From the NCBI GenBank assembly GCA_041665065.1, contig JBAYJM010000001.1, forward strand, positions 23,116-87,115: a DNA stretch of 64,000 bases, in the 5' to 3' direction. Below, in pieces: positions 16,172 to 26,757 of this stretch. A model generated the notes under the pieces. That model made no database searches and was not told the origin of the DNA. It worked only from the letters and a program-made list of their open reading frames with translations. The number at the start of each line of letters is the position of its first letter. The first letter of the stretch is position 1. The position numbers and the translations under genes were made by a program. The DNA is from Candidatus Buchananbacteria bacterium. GTDB lineage: Bacteria > Patescibacteriota > Patescibacteriia > 2-01-FULL-39-33.

Positions 16172-18013
16172 ATGTTTCAAAAGATTCTGAAGTTTTTCCC
16201 CCGCCATAAATTTGTTACTGCTCTGGTAATAATTATTATTGTGGCAATAGCCGGTTTTGCCATTCATTCAATGGGGGGCGGTGCCGGACAAACCGTCTAT
16301 GTCTTATCAACCGTAGAAAGGGGAACCATCGTTTCATCAATTTCTGGAAGCGGGCAGGTATCAGCTTCAAATCAAATTGATATTACATCAAAAGCGGCCA
16401 GCACTATTACCGATTTAAAAGTCCAAAAAGGCCAAGAAGTAAAAGAAGGCGACATTTTAGTTTCGCTTGACGCCAAGGACGCCGTCTCTTCTGTGCGTGA
16501 TGCTCAGATTAGTTTGGATAATGCCAATCTTTCATTACAAAAGTTAAAAAATGGATCGACTGAATCGGAAATAACCGCGTCAAAACTCCAGCTTGATTCT
16601 GCACAAAAAAATTATGATCAGGCAAAGGGTGATTTAGAAGTTGCTAAGACTAAGGCTGATACTGATTTAAATAATACTTATGATGACGCTAAGAGCGCAT
16701 TGCAAAGCGTTTATAGCAGTCTTGATGATAGTTTAAACAGGCAGTTGGATGGTATTTTTATTAATAATAATACTGATAATGCAAAGCTGTCGTTTTTAAC
16801 CGCTGATTCATCGGCTGAATACGATACTTACAATTTGAAAATTAAAGCCAAAAATCTATTATCTGAGATGAAAGATTTTTTACAGAATTATCCTTCCGAT
16901 CATTTGACAATAGATAATAAGCTGTCAGAATTTTCTAGCGATTTGACCATGATGCAAAATTTCTTTTCGCGTTTAAGCGATGCAGTCAATGGAGCGATTG
17001 TAACAAATAGCGTATCGCAATCCACAATCAGTGGCTATAAGAGCACGGTTGCTTCGTTAAAATCAACTGGCAATTCTTCAGTAAACAGCATTAATACTCA
17101 AATAAGAAATATTGCCAATCAAAAAACCACTAATGTAAATAATATCAGATCGGCTGAAAATAAAATTGCTGATGCCTCCACCTCGCTTACAAAAGCCGGC
17201 AATGATTTAAAAGATCTCCAAGTCGGTTCAGATCCGCTTGATATCAGGGCGCAAGAGTTGCAAGTCGCCAAGGCTCAGATAAATCTTTCAAATGCCCAAG
17301 AAAAATTAGCAGATTATACAATCAAAGCTTCGTTTGATGGAGTGATTGCTGAGGTTCCAATAAAGAAAGGCGATAATGTTACGGCCAACGGCGCTATTTT
17401 AAGCCTGATAACAAAACAACAAATTGCAGAAATCTCACTTAACGAAGTTGATGCCGCGTCGGTTAAAGTCGGCCAATTGGTGACACTTACTCTTGATGCG
17501 ATTGAGGGCCTGAGCATAACCGGTAAAGTTGCTGATGTGGATTCGCTGGGAACCGTTAGTCAGGGCGTTGTTTCTTATAATACTAAAGTCACTTTTGATA
17601 CCCAAGATAGCAGAGTTAAGCCGGGCATGAGCATTTCAGCTTCAATAATTACCAATACAAGTCAGAATGTTTTGACAGTTCCAAATAGCGCCATCAAAAA
17701 TTCCAATGGCAGTACTTATGTCGAGGTTCTTGATGAATCAGGATTGACAACAGTTGCTACCGGGGTAACTTCTAAAACAGCTCCAAGGCAACAGCAAGTA
17801 GTCGTCGGCTTGTCAGACGATAGTTATACGGAGATAGTATCCGGATTGGATGAGGGTGCAAAAGTAGTTTCCAAAACAATTGCCGCTACTGCCTCCAAGT
17901 CAAATTCCTCTGCTCCAAGCCTGCTTCAAAATTTGGGCGGTTCAAACAGGGCCGGATCGGCTGGAGCAAGTACTGGCAACAGAACCTTTCAGGGTGGTGG
18001 GCCTGGAATGTAA
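16172..18013 (+). CDS. HlyD/MacA-type periplasmic adaptor (membrane fusion protein)
   Basis: 613 aa with an N-terminal TM helix, long coiled-coil region, biotinyl-lipoyl-like and beta-barrel segments. Immediately upstream of the MacB ATPase and permease genes. Confidence 0.8.
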   Translation: MFQKILKFFPRHKFVTALVIIIIVAIAGFAIHSMGGGAGQTVYVLSTVERGTIVSSISGSGQVSASNQIDITSKAASTITDLKVQKGQEVKEGDILVSLDAKDAVSSVRDAQISLDNANLSLQKLKNGSTESEITASKLQLDSAQKNYDQAKGDLEVAKTKADTDLNNTYDDAKSALQSVYSSLDDSLNRQLDGIFINNNTDNAKLSFLTADSSAEYDTYNLKIKAKNLLSEMKDFLQNYPSDHLTIDNKLSEFSSDLTMMQNFFSRLSDAVNGAIVTNSVSQSTISGYKSTVASLKSTGNSSVNSINTQIRNIANQKTTNVNNIRSAENKIADASTSLTKAGNDLKDLQVGSDPLDIRAQELQVAKAQINLSNAQEKLADYTIKASFDGVIAEVPIKKGDNVTANGAILSLITKQQIAEISLNEVDAASVKVGQLVTLTLDAIEGLSITGKVADVDSLGTVSQGVVSYNTKVTFDTQDSRVKPGMSISASIITNTSQNVLTVPNSAIKNSNGSTYVEVLDESGLTTVATGVTSKTAPRQQQVVVGLSDDSYTEIVSGLDEGAKVVSKTIAATASKSNSSAPSLLQNLGGSNRAGSAGASTGNRTFQGGGPGM

Positions 18014-18017
18014 AAAT

Positions 18018-18716
18018 ATGATTGAAATAAAAAACATAACAAAAATTTATAATACCGGCGGATCTGATTTATATGCATTAAATAATGTCAGCTTTAAAAT
18101 TGAAGATGGCGAATTTGTGGCGATAATGGGGCCGTCCGGTTCTGGTAAATCCACTTTAATGCACATATTGGGAGCGCTGGACACGCCGACATCGGGAAAA
18201 TATTTTTTGGATGATAAAGATGTCTCAACTTTGACAGACGATCAATTGGCCGACATAAGAAAATCAAAAATTGGATTTGTGTTTCAGGCCTTTAATCTTT
18301 TGCCGAGGGCGACTGTGCTTAGAAATGTGATGTTGCCATTAATTTATGAAGAAGTAAATCGTGATGAACGAGAGAGAAGAGCCAAGGAAGCGCTTAAGGC
18401 GGCAGGATTGGATCAGCAGCATTTTTTGCATTTATCAAATCAGCTTTCAGGCGGACAAATTCAGCGCGTTGCCATTGCGAGAGCTTTGGTTAATAATCCG
18501 TCTTTGATTTTGGCAGACGAACCGACGGGAAATTTAGACACGCAAACCGGAGAAATAGTTTTAGATACTTTTCAAAAGCTTAATGCCAAAGAGGGCAAAA
18601 CCATAATATTGATTACGCATGAAAAAGATGTTGCCGAGCATGCCGACAGGATTATTGTGATACGAGACGGCAAAATTTTAAGCGATGAAAAAAATAATAA
18701 AAAGAGAATAATATAA
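18018..18716 (+). CDS. ABC transporter ATP-binding protein, MacB/LolD type
   Basis: Walker A GPSGSGKST, Q-loop, signature LSGGQIQRVAIARAL, Walker B ILADEPTGNLD. Confidence 0.85.
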   Translation: MIEIKNITKIYNTGGSDLYALNNVSFKIEDGEFVAIMGPSGSGKSTLMHILGALDTPTSGKYFLDDKDVSTLTDDQLADIRKSKIGFVFQAFNLLPRATVLRNVMLPLIYEEVNRDERERRAKEALKAAGLDQQHFLHLSNQLSGGQIQRVAIARALVNNPSLILADEPTGNLDTQTGEIVLDTFQKLNAKEGKTIILITHEKDVAEHADRIIVIRDGKILSDEKNNKKRII

Positions 18717-18718
18717 TT

Positions 18719-19939
18719 ATGAAAATAGCCGACGTCCTAGAAGAAACATATTCAGCGCTGTCAGCCAATAAAGTAAGATCAGGATTAACTATCCTGGGCA
18801 TTGTTATTGGAATCAGTTCTGTGATCGCGATGCTATCAATCGGCTTCGGAGCGCAGAGCTCAATTGAGTCCAGCATTCAGTCGATCGGATCAAATCTTAT
18901 TATGGTTATGCCTGGAGCCCAGCGCGGGCCGGGAGTGACTGTTAGTGCCGGCAGAGGTTCGGCCAAAACTTTAACAATGGAAGATGCTGATGCCATAAAA
19001 GAATTGGATTTAGTAAAAGCAGTAGCCCCCGAAGTAAGCGGAAGATATCAAATTGCCGCTAAGGGTCAAAATACCAATACCCAAGTTATTGGAACGGTTT
19101 CTGCCTATTCGTCGGTTAAAAATATTGAGGTCGAATCCGGAAATTTTTTAAGCGATCAAAACATTGCCAGTGCCTCCAAAGTAGCCGTTATCGGGCCGAC
19201 TGTCCGTGATGACGTTTTTGGAACAGATGCTGATGCCATCGGACAAACAATCCGTATAGATAAAACTGATTTTAAGGTTATTGGTATGACTAAGGCTAAA
19301 GGCGGTTCCGGATTTAATAATACGGATAATATGGTCTATGTGCCAATTACTACCGCGCAAAGACTTCTTACTGGCAATAAATATGTAACAACCATCAACG
19401 TCGAGGCTCAAGATGCAAATTCTATGACTTCAGTTCAGGAATCAATAACCTCGTTGTTGTTAACAAGACACAATATTTCTGATGCGACTAACGCGGATTT
19501 TAGCACTCTTAATCAAGCAGATATTATTGCCACGGCATCCAGCATTACCGGAATTTTAACGGCCCTACTGGGCTCGGTGGCGGGTATCTCATTAATTGTC
19601 GGCGGGATAGGGATTATGAATATGATGCTTACTACAGTCACGGAAAGAACCAAAGAGATCGGACTTAGAAAGGCTATCGGAGCTAAAGCAAAAGATATTA
19701 GCATTCAATTCTTAATTGAGGCCATTGCTTTAACAGTAATTGGCGGTCTGGTGGGAATCGTTTTGGGTTGGGCAATAGCTTTTGGCATAACATATTTTGG
19801 CGTTATGCAAACTAAAGTATCCTGGTATTCGATTTTGCTGTCTTTTGGTGTTTCGGCAATAATTGGGATTGTCTTTGGTTATTATCCGGCAAGGCGAGCA
19901 GCAAAATTAAATCCGATACAAGCCTTAAGATTTGAATAA
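18719..19939 (+). CDS. ABC transporter permease, MacB/FtsX type
   Basis: 406 aa. N-terminal TM helix, large periplasmic domain, and a C-terminal FtsX-like four-TM bundle (LTTVTERTKEIGLRKAIGAKAKDI). Confidence 0.85.
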   Translation: MKIADVLEETYSALSANKVRSGLTILGIVIGISSVIAMLSIGFGAQSSIESSIQSIGSNLIMVMPGAQRGPGVTVSAGRGSAKTLTMEDADAIKELDLVKAVAPEVSGRYQIAAKGQNTNTQVIGTVSAYSSVKNIEVESGNFLSDQNIASASKVAVIGPTVRDDVFGTDADAIGQTIRIDKTDFKVIGMTKAKGGSGFNNTDNMVYVPITTAQRLLTGNKYVTTINVEAQDANSMTSVQESITSLLLTRHNISDATNADFSTLNQADIIATASSITGILTALLGSVAGISLIVGGIGIMNMMLTTVTERTKEIGLRKAIGAKAKDISIQFLIEAIALTVIGGLVGIVLGWAIAFGITYFGVMQTKVSWYSILLSFGVSAIIGIVFGYYPARRAAKLNPIQALRFE

Positions 19940-19959
19940 TTATTAATAAAATATAAGCT

Positions 19960-20427
19960 ATGAAAAAAACATCAACGATAATTTTGATGGTTGTAATTGC
20001 GGCCGTCTTTGCGGTTGCTGGATTTTTTGGTGGAATGCAATTTCAAAGGAGTAAAAATTCGGCTGGCAGATTTGCAACTGAATTTCAAAATGGTAATTTT
20101 GCCGGCGCAAGACAAGGAAACGGTTCCGGAGCTGGGATGAGAGCCGGTAATCGGGGAGCAAATTTTATTGCCGGTGAAATAATTTCTAAAGATGATAAAA
20201 GTCTGACTTTAAAATTGGCGGCCGGTGGATCAAAAATTATATTATTTTCAACATCGACCGAACTCACCAAGTTTGCTACTACGTCATTGGAAAATTTAAA
20301 TATTGGTGAAAATATTTCTGTAAATGGCACTGCCAATTCAGACGGAAGTGTCACGGCTCAATCAATCCAAATGAGGCCGTTATTTGAGGCTCCATCACCA
20401 AATCAACAGATTCAGCCAACAAAATAG
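19960..20427 (+). CDS. Membrane-anchored hypothetical protein (paralogous to 15659-16156)
   Basis: 155 aa, with an N-terminal TM helix and a Gly/Asn-rich linker. The beta-rich C-terminal domain resembles that of the 15659 ORF. Confidence 0.5.
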   Translation: MKKTSTIILMVVIAAVFAVAGFFGGMQFQRSKNSAGRFATEFQNGNFAGARQGNGSGAGMRAGNRGANFIAGEIISKDDKSLTLKLAAGGSKIILFSTSTELTKFATTSLENLNIGENISVNGTANSDGSVTAQSIQMRPLFEAPSPNQQIQPTK

Positions 20428-20489
20428 TTTAATTTTTATTTCATATTGTTTCGTTATATTTCAGTCGACCTAAGAAATAAAATAAAAAT

Positions 20490-20711
20490 ATGGAAAACGT
20501 ATCAATGGCGGATCTGCAAAGATATTTGTCAGGAGTCACTTATCCGGCAAGAAAGGAAGATTTGGTTAATCGGGCCATGGAAAATGGAGCTCCTATGGAT
20601 TTAATACAAATGATGGAGGGCTTGTCAGAAGAAGAGTTTAATGGGCATCACCAGGTAATGCATGCAATGAATCAAGGTGATGATGAGATGGCGGATGTGG
20701 AGGATGAATAA
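20490..20711 (+). CDS. DUF2795-like small protein
   Basis: 73 aa. LSGVTYPARKEDLVNRAMENGAPMDLIQMMEGL matches the DUF2795 pattern. Confidence 0.55.
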   Translation: MENVSMADLQRYLSGVTYPARKEDLVNRAMENGAPMDLIQMMEGLSEEEFNGHHQVMHAMNQGDDEMADVEDE

Positions 20712-20734
20712 AAATAATTTTAGGTAAACAAATA

Positions 20735-20760
20735 AAACGCACAGAAATGTGCGTTTTATT
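20735..20760. terminator. Bidirectional intrinsic terminator AAACGCACA-gaaa-TGTGCGTTT
   Basis: 9-bp stem with GAAA tetraloop, flanked by an A-run and a T-run. Sits between convergent genes. Confidence 0.6.
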
Positions 20761-20841
20761 GCAAAAAAAATTGCCTCTCCCTCCGGTGTCGCGTGGAGGA
20801 AGAGGACTTTGGATTATGGCCGTCGCAATTATAGGGGGGGG

Positions 20842-21090
20842 TTAGGGGCGGATGACTTTGAGCTCACGGAGTTCACTGGCGCTTACCCAGGCCGTGGAAC
20901 CGTCGTGGAAACGGATGCCAAAGATCTTGCCAGTGATTTCGGCGATGGATCGCCGATCGTTGCCATATAACACAACAACTTCGTTGTGCTTGAGCTCAAG
21001 CCCAGACTCAGACACTCCGATCGTGTATCGAAACCTGCGGCGTTGCGCCCGGAATCCTCCCCCTTGATTCTTACTTTTGGTGGTTGTCAT
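20842..21090 (-). CDS. Hypothetical small basic protein, GC-rich island
   Basis: 82 aa. AGGAAGGAA Shine-Dalgarno site upstream of the ATG. About 55% GC against AT-rich flanks. Confidence 0.5.
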   Translation of the reverse strand: MTTTKSKNQGGGFRAQRRRFRYTIGVSESGLELKHNEVVVLYGNDRRSIAEITGKIFGIRFHDGSTAWVSASELRELKVIRP

Positions 21091-21296
21091 TTACATTCCT
21101 TCCTTGTTTCCCCGTTATGCTGCCTGGAACAATAATGCCTGACATACATATTAACACAATTATACCTTAGTGTCAATAAGTTTTATCTTTAAGCTATCAT
21201 TTTTTATCTTAATTAACGTAGAATTATTTATAAAATCTTCACAATTTTATATTTTTGGGCTATAATTATTTAGTTGATAAATAAAACTATAAAATT

Positions 21297-21509
21297 ATGG
21301 CTATTACAATTGATCTAGAAAAATGCTGTTGGAAAGATGGCAAGTGCACAAGTTGTGGATGTGAATCCGGCTCGTCATGTTTTGGGTGCGTAGAAGTTTG
21401 TGCAATGGGTGCAATAACTCGAGAAGATATCGTAAAAGTAGATTCGGCTAAATGCATAGATTGTGGAGCGTGCATAAGCGCCTGCAAGCACGGCGCCATA
21501 ACTTTGTAA
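21297..21509 (+). CDS. 4Fe-4S ferredoxin-like small protein
   Basis: 70 aa, Cys-rich. The CIDCGACISAC cluster motif is preceded by a second cluster-like region, CTSCGC...CFGCVEVC. Confidence 0.55.
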   Translation: MAITIDLEKCCWKDGKCTSCGCESGSSCFGCVEVCAMGAITREDIVKVDSAKCIDCGACISACKHGAITL

Positions 21510-21510
21510 A

Positions 21511-22533
21511 ATGATCATTCTCGCAATTGAAACTTCTTGTGATGAAACGTCGACGGCAATTCTAAGAGCGACAAAAGGCAAGCTAGAATTATTATCCAAC
21601 ATTGTTTCGTCACAAATCGATATACATAAACAGTACGGCGGGGTAGTGCCAGAAGTGGCTGCTCGCCATCATGTTTTAAACATTAATCCCGTAATTAATG
21701 AGTCTTTGGATGTGGCAAGAATAAAAGCCAAGGATATTGATTTAATTGCGACCGTGTCGGGGCCGGGATTAATCACCTCTCTAATCGTTGGAGTTGAGGC
21801 GGCGAAAACTTTGAGCATGGCTTGGAAAAAACCGCTTATGCAAATCAATCATATGTATTCCCATATTGCCGGCAATTTTTTAAACAAAATTGAATTTCCG
21901 GTTATGTGTTTGGTGGTTTCTGGTGGTCATACTGAATTGGTTTATTTAAAAAATTATTGGCAATTCAAAAAAATCGGCCAGACAGTTGATGATGCAGCGG
22001 GTGAGGCTTTTGACAAAGTCGCCAAGCTTCTAGGTTTGGGTTATCCGGGAGGACCGATTGTTTCTGCTGAAGCTGATAAATTTAAAGCAAAAGAATTAAG
22101 TATTAAATTTCCTCGGCCAATGATAGATTCCGATAATTTTAATTTTTCTTTCTCAGGATTAAAAACATCGGTCCTTTATGCTACGCAAAAAATGACCGCT
22201 GAAGAAAAAAAGAAAAAAATTCCTGAAATATGTTTTGGATTTCAACAAGCAGTAATTGATGTTTTGGTTTCAAAAACAATTAAAGCCTCAAAACAATTTA
22301 AAGTCAAAACCGTTTTGATGGCTGGAGGAGTGGCTGCCAATAAAAGCTTAAGGGAGTCTTTAAAAAATGCTTCGGAAAATAATGGTTACGAATTCTTTGT
22401 TCCTGAATTTAAGTTGTGTACCGATAATGCAGCCATGGTTGCCTTGGCCGCGTATTATCTATCACAAAACAAAAAACCAAAATTGGATAATTGGAAAAAA
22501 GTTAAGGTTGATCCTAATTGGGAGTTAAAATAA
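21511..22533 (+). CDS. tsaD: tRNA N6-adenosine threonylcarbamoyltransferase TsaD (Kae1/Gcp)
   Basis: 340 aa. ILAIETSCDETS N-terminus and the conserved His/metal-binding motifs. Confidence 0.9.
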   Translation: MIILAIETSCDETSTAILRATKGKLELLSNIVSSQIDIHKQYGGVVPEVAARHHVLNINPVINESLDVARIKAKDIDLIATVSGPGLITSLIVGVEAAKTLSMAWKKPLMQINHMYSHIAGNFLNKIEFPVMCLVVSGGHTELVYLKNYWQFKKIGQTVDDAAGEAFDKVAKLLGLGYPGGPIVSAEADKFKAKELSIKFPRPMIDSDNFNFSFSGLKTSVLYATQKMTAEEKKKKIPEICFGFQQAVIDVLVSKTIKASKQFKVKTVLMAGGVAANKSLRESLKNASENNGYEFFVPEFKLCTDNAAMVALAAYYLSQNKKPKLDNWKKVKVDPNWELK

Positions 22534-22534
22534 C

Positions 22535-22957
22535 ATGCAAAAGATTACATCATCAGAACAAAAAACATTTGAATTTGCAAAAACCTTTGCTAAGAGGTTA
22601 AAAGGCGGAGAGGTATTGTGTTTAATTGGTGATTTGGGAGCTGGCAAAACTGCTTTTACAAAAGGCTTGGCAAGCGGTTTGGATGTGAAAAATATTATTA
22701 CAAGTCCGACCTTTGTATTGATGAAGGTTTACAGCGTACACCATGATGCAATAAAAAAATTAGCCCATATTGATGCATACCGTATAAATAGCGGAGAGGA
22801 TTTAGAGGCGATTGGTATTGATGATTATTTTAATGATAAAAATTGTGTCACTGTAATTGAATGGGCTGATAGGGTAAAAGAAATTTGGCCGAAAAATGTC
22901 ACTAAAATTAATTTTAAAATTTTAGAAGGTGATAAAAGAAAAGTAACTGTTACGTAG
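22535..22957 (+). CDS. tsaE: tRNA threonylcarbamoyladenosine biosynthesis ATPase TsaE (YjeE)
   Basis: 140 aa. Walker A GDLGAGKTAFTKG. Adjacent to tsaD. Confidence 0.8.
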   Translation: MQKITSSEQKTFEFAKTFAKRLKGGEVLCLIGDLGAGKTAFTKGLASGLDVKNIITSPTFVLMKVYSVHHDAIKKLAHIDAYRINSGEDLEAIGIDDYFNDKNCVTVIEWADRVKEIWPKNVTKINFKILEGDKRKVTVT

Positions 22958-22970
22958 CATGCTGCGTAAC

Positions 22971-23007
22971 AAAAAAATCCGTTCGCCACGGCAAACGGAT
23001 TTTTTAT
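22971..23007. terminator. Bidirectional intrinsic terminator AAATCCGTT-loop-AACGGATTT
   Basis: 9-bp stem flanked by a run of seven A and a run of five T. A second GTTACG...CGTAAC hairpin lies just upstream. Confidence 0.6.
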
Positions 23008-23028
23008 TTGATGCAATTTAAAAAATTT

Positions 23029-24723
23029 TTACTCTGCCACTCTAAATACTTCATCAACCGAAGTTATTCCTTCCATGGCTTTGATTAGGCCATCTTGGGC
23101 CATTGTAATTACGCCCATTTCAAAAGTCATTTTTTTGATATCATATTCAGATAAGTTTCCTTTTACAATTTCATTTTTCATTTTATCGTTGATCGGAATT
23201 ATTTCAAATATACCGATTCGGCCATGATAGCCAAGTCCTTGGCAGGCGTCACAGCCTTTTGAGCCGTAAAATTTTAGATTTTCCAAATCAACTTTATATT
23301 CTGAATTCTGGGGGATTTCGCCGAGTACATCTTTTACCCTTTGTAAAATCTTTTCATCCAAAGTAATTTCACTTTTACATTTGTCACATAGTTTTCTGAC
23401 AAGTCTTTGGCCGATGGAAACATTAAGGGCTGGAGCAAGCAAATACGGCTTTGAGCCCATTGATAAAAATCTAGGAATGGTGCCAAAGGCGTCATTAGTA
23501 TGAATGGTTGATAATACCAAATGACCGGTCAAGGCGGCCTGGATGGCAATTTCAGCCGTATCAAGGTCTCTGATTTCACCAACCATAATTATATCCGGGT
23601 CTTGGCGGACAATGGACTTCAAACCCTTTGCAAAAGTGTAATTATCATTGACCTGGCTTTGGTTGACGCCGGCAAGTTCGTATTCAATAGGATCTTCAAT
23701 GGTGATAATTTTTGTTTCCGCATTATTAAGTCTCCTTAAAATCGAATAAAGGGTAGTTGTTTTACCTGAGCCGGTTGGTCCGGTCGTTACAATCATGCCG
23801 TTAGGTCTTTCAATTTCCCTTGATAAAATTTCCAGAGCTTGGCCGCGAAGGCCCAATTCTTCAAAGCTGATGCCGGCAAACGAAGACATTAAAAGTCTCA
23901 TAACTACGCTTTCGCCAAATGATGTTGGCAGGCAGGAGACCCTGACATCCACCTTGTCGTCTTTTAAAAATATTGTGAATCTGCCGTCTTGAGGCTTGTC
24001 GGTGATATTTATTTTTAATTTTGCTAGCTGTTTAATTCTGGAAATAATCTGGGGCCACATTGATTTTTCAACGATGGCAACGTCATTTAAAACGCCGTCA
24101 ATCCTATACCTGACCTTAACGTCTTTTTCTTCCGCTTCAATATGGATATCGGAGGATCTTGCTTTGATGGCCGCCGCGATAATTAAAGTCACCATCTGCG
24201 TCAGAGAGACTTTTTTTATTTGTTCGTTTAAGTCACTGAATTTTATGATTTCATCCTGGAATTTTTGCAGATCTTCTTCTTTGATTTCAATTCCCCGGAC
24301 AAATTTTCTGACCTTGGGCAAAGTGGCGTAAAGCTTAAATGCGGCTTCAAAGCTGTGCTGGGATATTAAATAAGTTTCAACTCCCGCAAAGTTTTTTTCT
24401 TTAAGTTCCTGTTCTAGGGCCATGACTTGGTCATTATAATCGACCGCTCCGATTCTAATTTGCTTGCCGGTATTTAAAAAGCATACCGATTTTAACTCTT
24501 TGGCCCTTGCCTCATCTATGGTGGTAAGGGTTTCAGGGCTGATTCCAAAACTTTCAAGGCTGATATAAGGCAGACCAATTTCGTTAGCCTGTTTTTCTGT
24601 TTCAGTTTCCTTTTCCTTGATAGTAATTGATTTTATTTTCTGTTGAAGCTTTGCGGTGGTGGAGCCTTCTTCTGGCGTGTCCTCAGATAGCAAATCTTCA
24701 ATCGATGGTCCTATTGATGTCAT
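23029..24723 (-). CDS. Type II secretion / type IV pilus assembly ATPase (GspE/PilB family)
   Basis: 564 aa. Walker A GPTGSGKTTTLY, Asp and His boxes, and a tetracysteine CDKCK...CDACQG zinc motif. Confidence 0.85.
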   Translation of the reverse strand: MTSIGPSIEDLLSEDTPEEGSTTAKLQQKIKSITIKEKETETEKQANEIGLPYISLESFGISPETLTTIDEARAKELKSVCFLNTGKQIRIGAVDYNDQVMALEQELKEKNFAGVETYLISQHSFEAAFKLYATLPKVRKFVRGIEIKEEDLQKFQDEIIKFSDLNEQIKKVSLTQMVTLIIAAAIKARSSDIHIEAEEKDVKVRYRIDGVLNDVAIVEKSMWPQIISRIKQLAKLKINITDKPQDGRFTIFLKDDKVDVRVSCLPTSFGESVVMRLLMSSFAGISFEELGLRGQALEILSREIERPNGMIVTTGPTGSGKTTTLYSILRRLNNAETKIITIEDPIEYELAGVNQSQVNDNYTFAKGLKSIVRQDPDIIMVGEIRDLDTAEIAIQAALTGHLVLSTIHTNDAFGTIPRFLSMGSKPYLLAPALNVSIGQRLVRKLCDKCKSEITLDEKILQRVKDVLGEIPQNSEYKVDLENLKFYGSKGCDACQGLGYHGRIGIFEIIPINDKMKNEIVKGNLSEYDIKKMTFEMGVITMAQDGLIKAMEGITSVDEVFRVAE

Positions 24724-24840
24724 TATTTTAGCAAAATATTTATATGTTAATTATAGAAGTAATAGGGTTTTTTTTCAAGTTAAGGCAAATATTTGAGAAT
24801 AAAAAATCCCCGCGAGTTGCGGGGATCAATGAGTGACAAA

Positions 24841-25872
24841 TTAGCTTTTATTGGAAAAGTAGGTTGGGAGATTTTGAATTTGGCCGATTGTTCTTGTAAT
24901 TTTGCTTTCTTCTTCACCGCCATAAATTCTGCTAAACAGCAATGTCCAGACAGCCCATTGGAAAGTGGTGATAAAAGCGGCCACAAAAACAATTATAACA
25001 ATCATTAAAACTGTGCAGAATCCTAAGATGATATAGGCGGCTATTGGCGCTATGGTTGAGAAATATAGGGGTAAAATAAATAGCGGGCCAGCAGTCAGAA
25101 TAAGAGAAGCGATTGCGCTGATAAAAAGGCCGACAATATATACTCCAAGAAGAACAAGGGCGGTCTCCAGGGCTATAAGCACATTGCTTTTAAATAATAG
25201 CCAGGCATTTTGCAGGGCGGGAATAAATCGTTCTTTGTTTAAGGTAATATTAAAAATTTGAAATTTAAATATAACCGAGATAAGAAGGGCTCCGATTGCA
25301 AAAACTACAAAAATAATGAAGTAGACGATGGTTTGCCACAAGTTTCCTGAGAATAATAATGCGATTGAGCCAAAAATTATGAAAATTATAAATAGCGCCA
25401 CCTTTAAAACAACGTTGGACCAGAACACCGGCCAGAAATTTTTGCCTCCATGGCTAAAACCCTCGTTCAATGAAGGTTTTTTATTTTTGTTTATAGTCGA
25501 AATGTTTTTAATGAGAGAGATTTGGGAAATTATGCCCAGCCAGATGAAAAAAACTGCAATAGCAATCGCCACCGCCGCAATTAAAATTGCCATTATGGTG
25601 GTAAAAGGACTGCTTGTTATGGCGCCGATAATATTTTGCCAAAGATTGCCTCCATCAGCCAATCCGGCCTGAATCCCCGAATTAAAGGAGTTCATAAAGT
25701 CTCCAATAAAGCCTCTATTTTTTGGGCTATAAAAAAACCTGGTAATTATTTCGTATTCGCCACCACTGGAAAGTAATGTTGCAAAAAAACCTAAAATCCA
25801 AAGTGATTTGAATCGTTTGGTAATTTGCCATGCCTTTTTAAGCGTTGGTCGATAAAGAGATGTGTCTGACAT
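24841..25872 (-). CDS. Polytopic membrane protein, unknown function
   Basis: 343 aa, about nine predicted TM helices. Followed by a CCCCGCAACTCGCGGGG terminator at 24800-24830. Confidence 0.5.
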   Translation of the reverse strand: MSDTSLYRPTLKKAWQITKRFKSLWILGFFATLLSSGGEYEIITRFFYSPKNRGFIGDFMNSFNSGIQAGLADGGNLWQNIIGAITSSPFTTIMAILIAAVAIAIAVFFIWLGIISQISLIKNISTINKNKKPSLNEGFSHGGKNFWPVFWSNVVLKVALFIIFIIFGSIALLFSGNLWQTIVYFIIFVVFAIGALLISVIFKFQIFNITLNKERFIPALQNAWLLFKSNVLIALETALVLLGVYIVGLFISAIASLILTAGPLFILPLYFSTIAPIAAYIILGFCTVLMIVIIVFVAAFITTFQWAVWTLLFSRIYGGEEESKITRTIGQIQNLPTYFSNKS

Positions 25873-25981
25873 ATTGATTGAAAGTTATTTGATGTATAAA
25901 TTATAACATAAAAATAGGAAAATAAAAAAATAGGACGCTCGCATCGTGCAAGCGTCCATCGCATGGTTCTGACTGTTAAAG

Positions 25982-26668
25982 CTAGAACAGGGAGAGGACG
26001 AAAGACCAGGTGGCGTAAGCCCCGATACTAGCCAGAAGCATCAGGGAGGCCACAATAAGGAGTGGTCGACCGTAGTAAATCTGAACTTCCTCATAATACC
26101 GACCATCTTGCTGATTCTTAGTTTTGGGCTCGATGTCCAATTCTTCGTATGCTGCTAGACAGCCCTCTTTCGTCTTCTCGTTAATTAAAGCGTCCTGGCG
26201 CTTCTTTAATTCGCTTAGGGTTTTGGGGTTTGGTCGACTTTGAGTTCTTCTCTCTTCTCGTAAGAGGGTCAGTTTCCATGTGTTGCTGCTCCATGGACAC
26301 GCTCTCTCCAGCAAAAGCAAATACGCCGCTTGGTTTGCTTGGTTGTCCAGTTTGCGTAGAGCGAAATAGATGCTCTCTTGAGATTGTTTTTTCCTCGAGT
26401 ATGTCTTTAGTCCCCGTAAATCAAACAGGGGGACCATCTGAACGGAGGTTTCTCCCACCGCGGCGAGAAGGTTTCCGTCTCCGTCGAGAATTAAAATTCG
26501 GCGAGAGTACTCAAACTCCCCACTGGCAAGGTCATTGTATAGGCCCAGATCATTAACATCAAAGGGTCGTACATGGCACTCAACGACCTGGTCCTGCGGC
26601 ATGTGACGTTTGAGAAATGGGCGCTCCCGGTACAGGGCATCAACTTTGCCGGCATCAATGCAATTCAT
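25982..26668 (-). CDS. Hypothetical tail-anchored protein, GC-rich island
   Basis: 228 aa with a single C-terminal TM helix. AGGAGGC Shine-Dalgarno site. About 52% GC. Confidence 0.5.
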   Translation of the reverse strand: MNCIDAGKVDALYRERPFLKRHMPQDQVVECHVRPFDVNDLGLYNDLASGEFEYSRRILILDGDGNLLAAVGETSVQMVPLFDLRGLKTYSRKKQSQESIYFALRKLDNQANQAAYLLLLERACPWSSNTWKLTLLREERRTQSRPNPKTLSELKKRQDALINEKTKEGCLAAYEELDIEPKTKNQQDGRYYEEVQIYYGRPLLIVASLMLLASIGAYATWSFVLSLF

Positions 26669-26682
26669 AAAGTAAGCCTCCT

Positions 26683-26757
26683 GGCATCCCGCCAGTTTTA
26701 GAGATATGGCATCCCGCCACAGCTCCGCTTCTATTAATGATTACGGCATCCCACCGA
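26683..26757. repeat. Three direct repeats GGCATCCC(G/A)CC in the upstream region of the 25982-26668 gene
   Basis: Copies at 26683-26693, 26708-26718 and 26745-26755, spaced 25 and 37 nt. Confidence 0.45.
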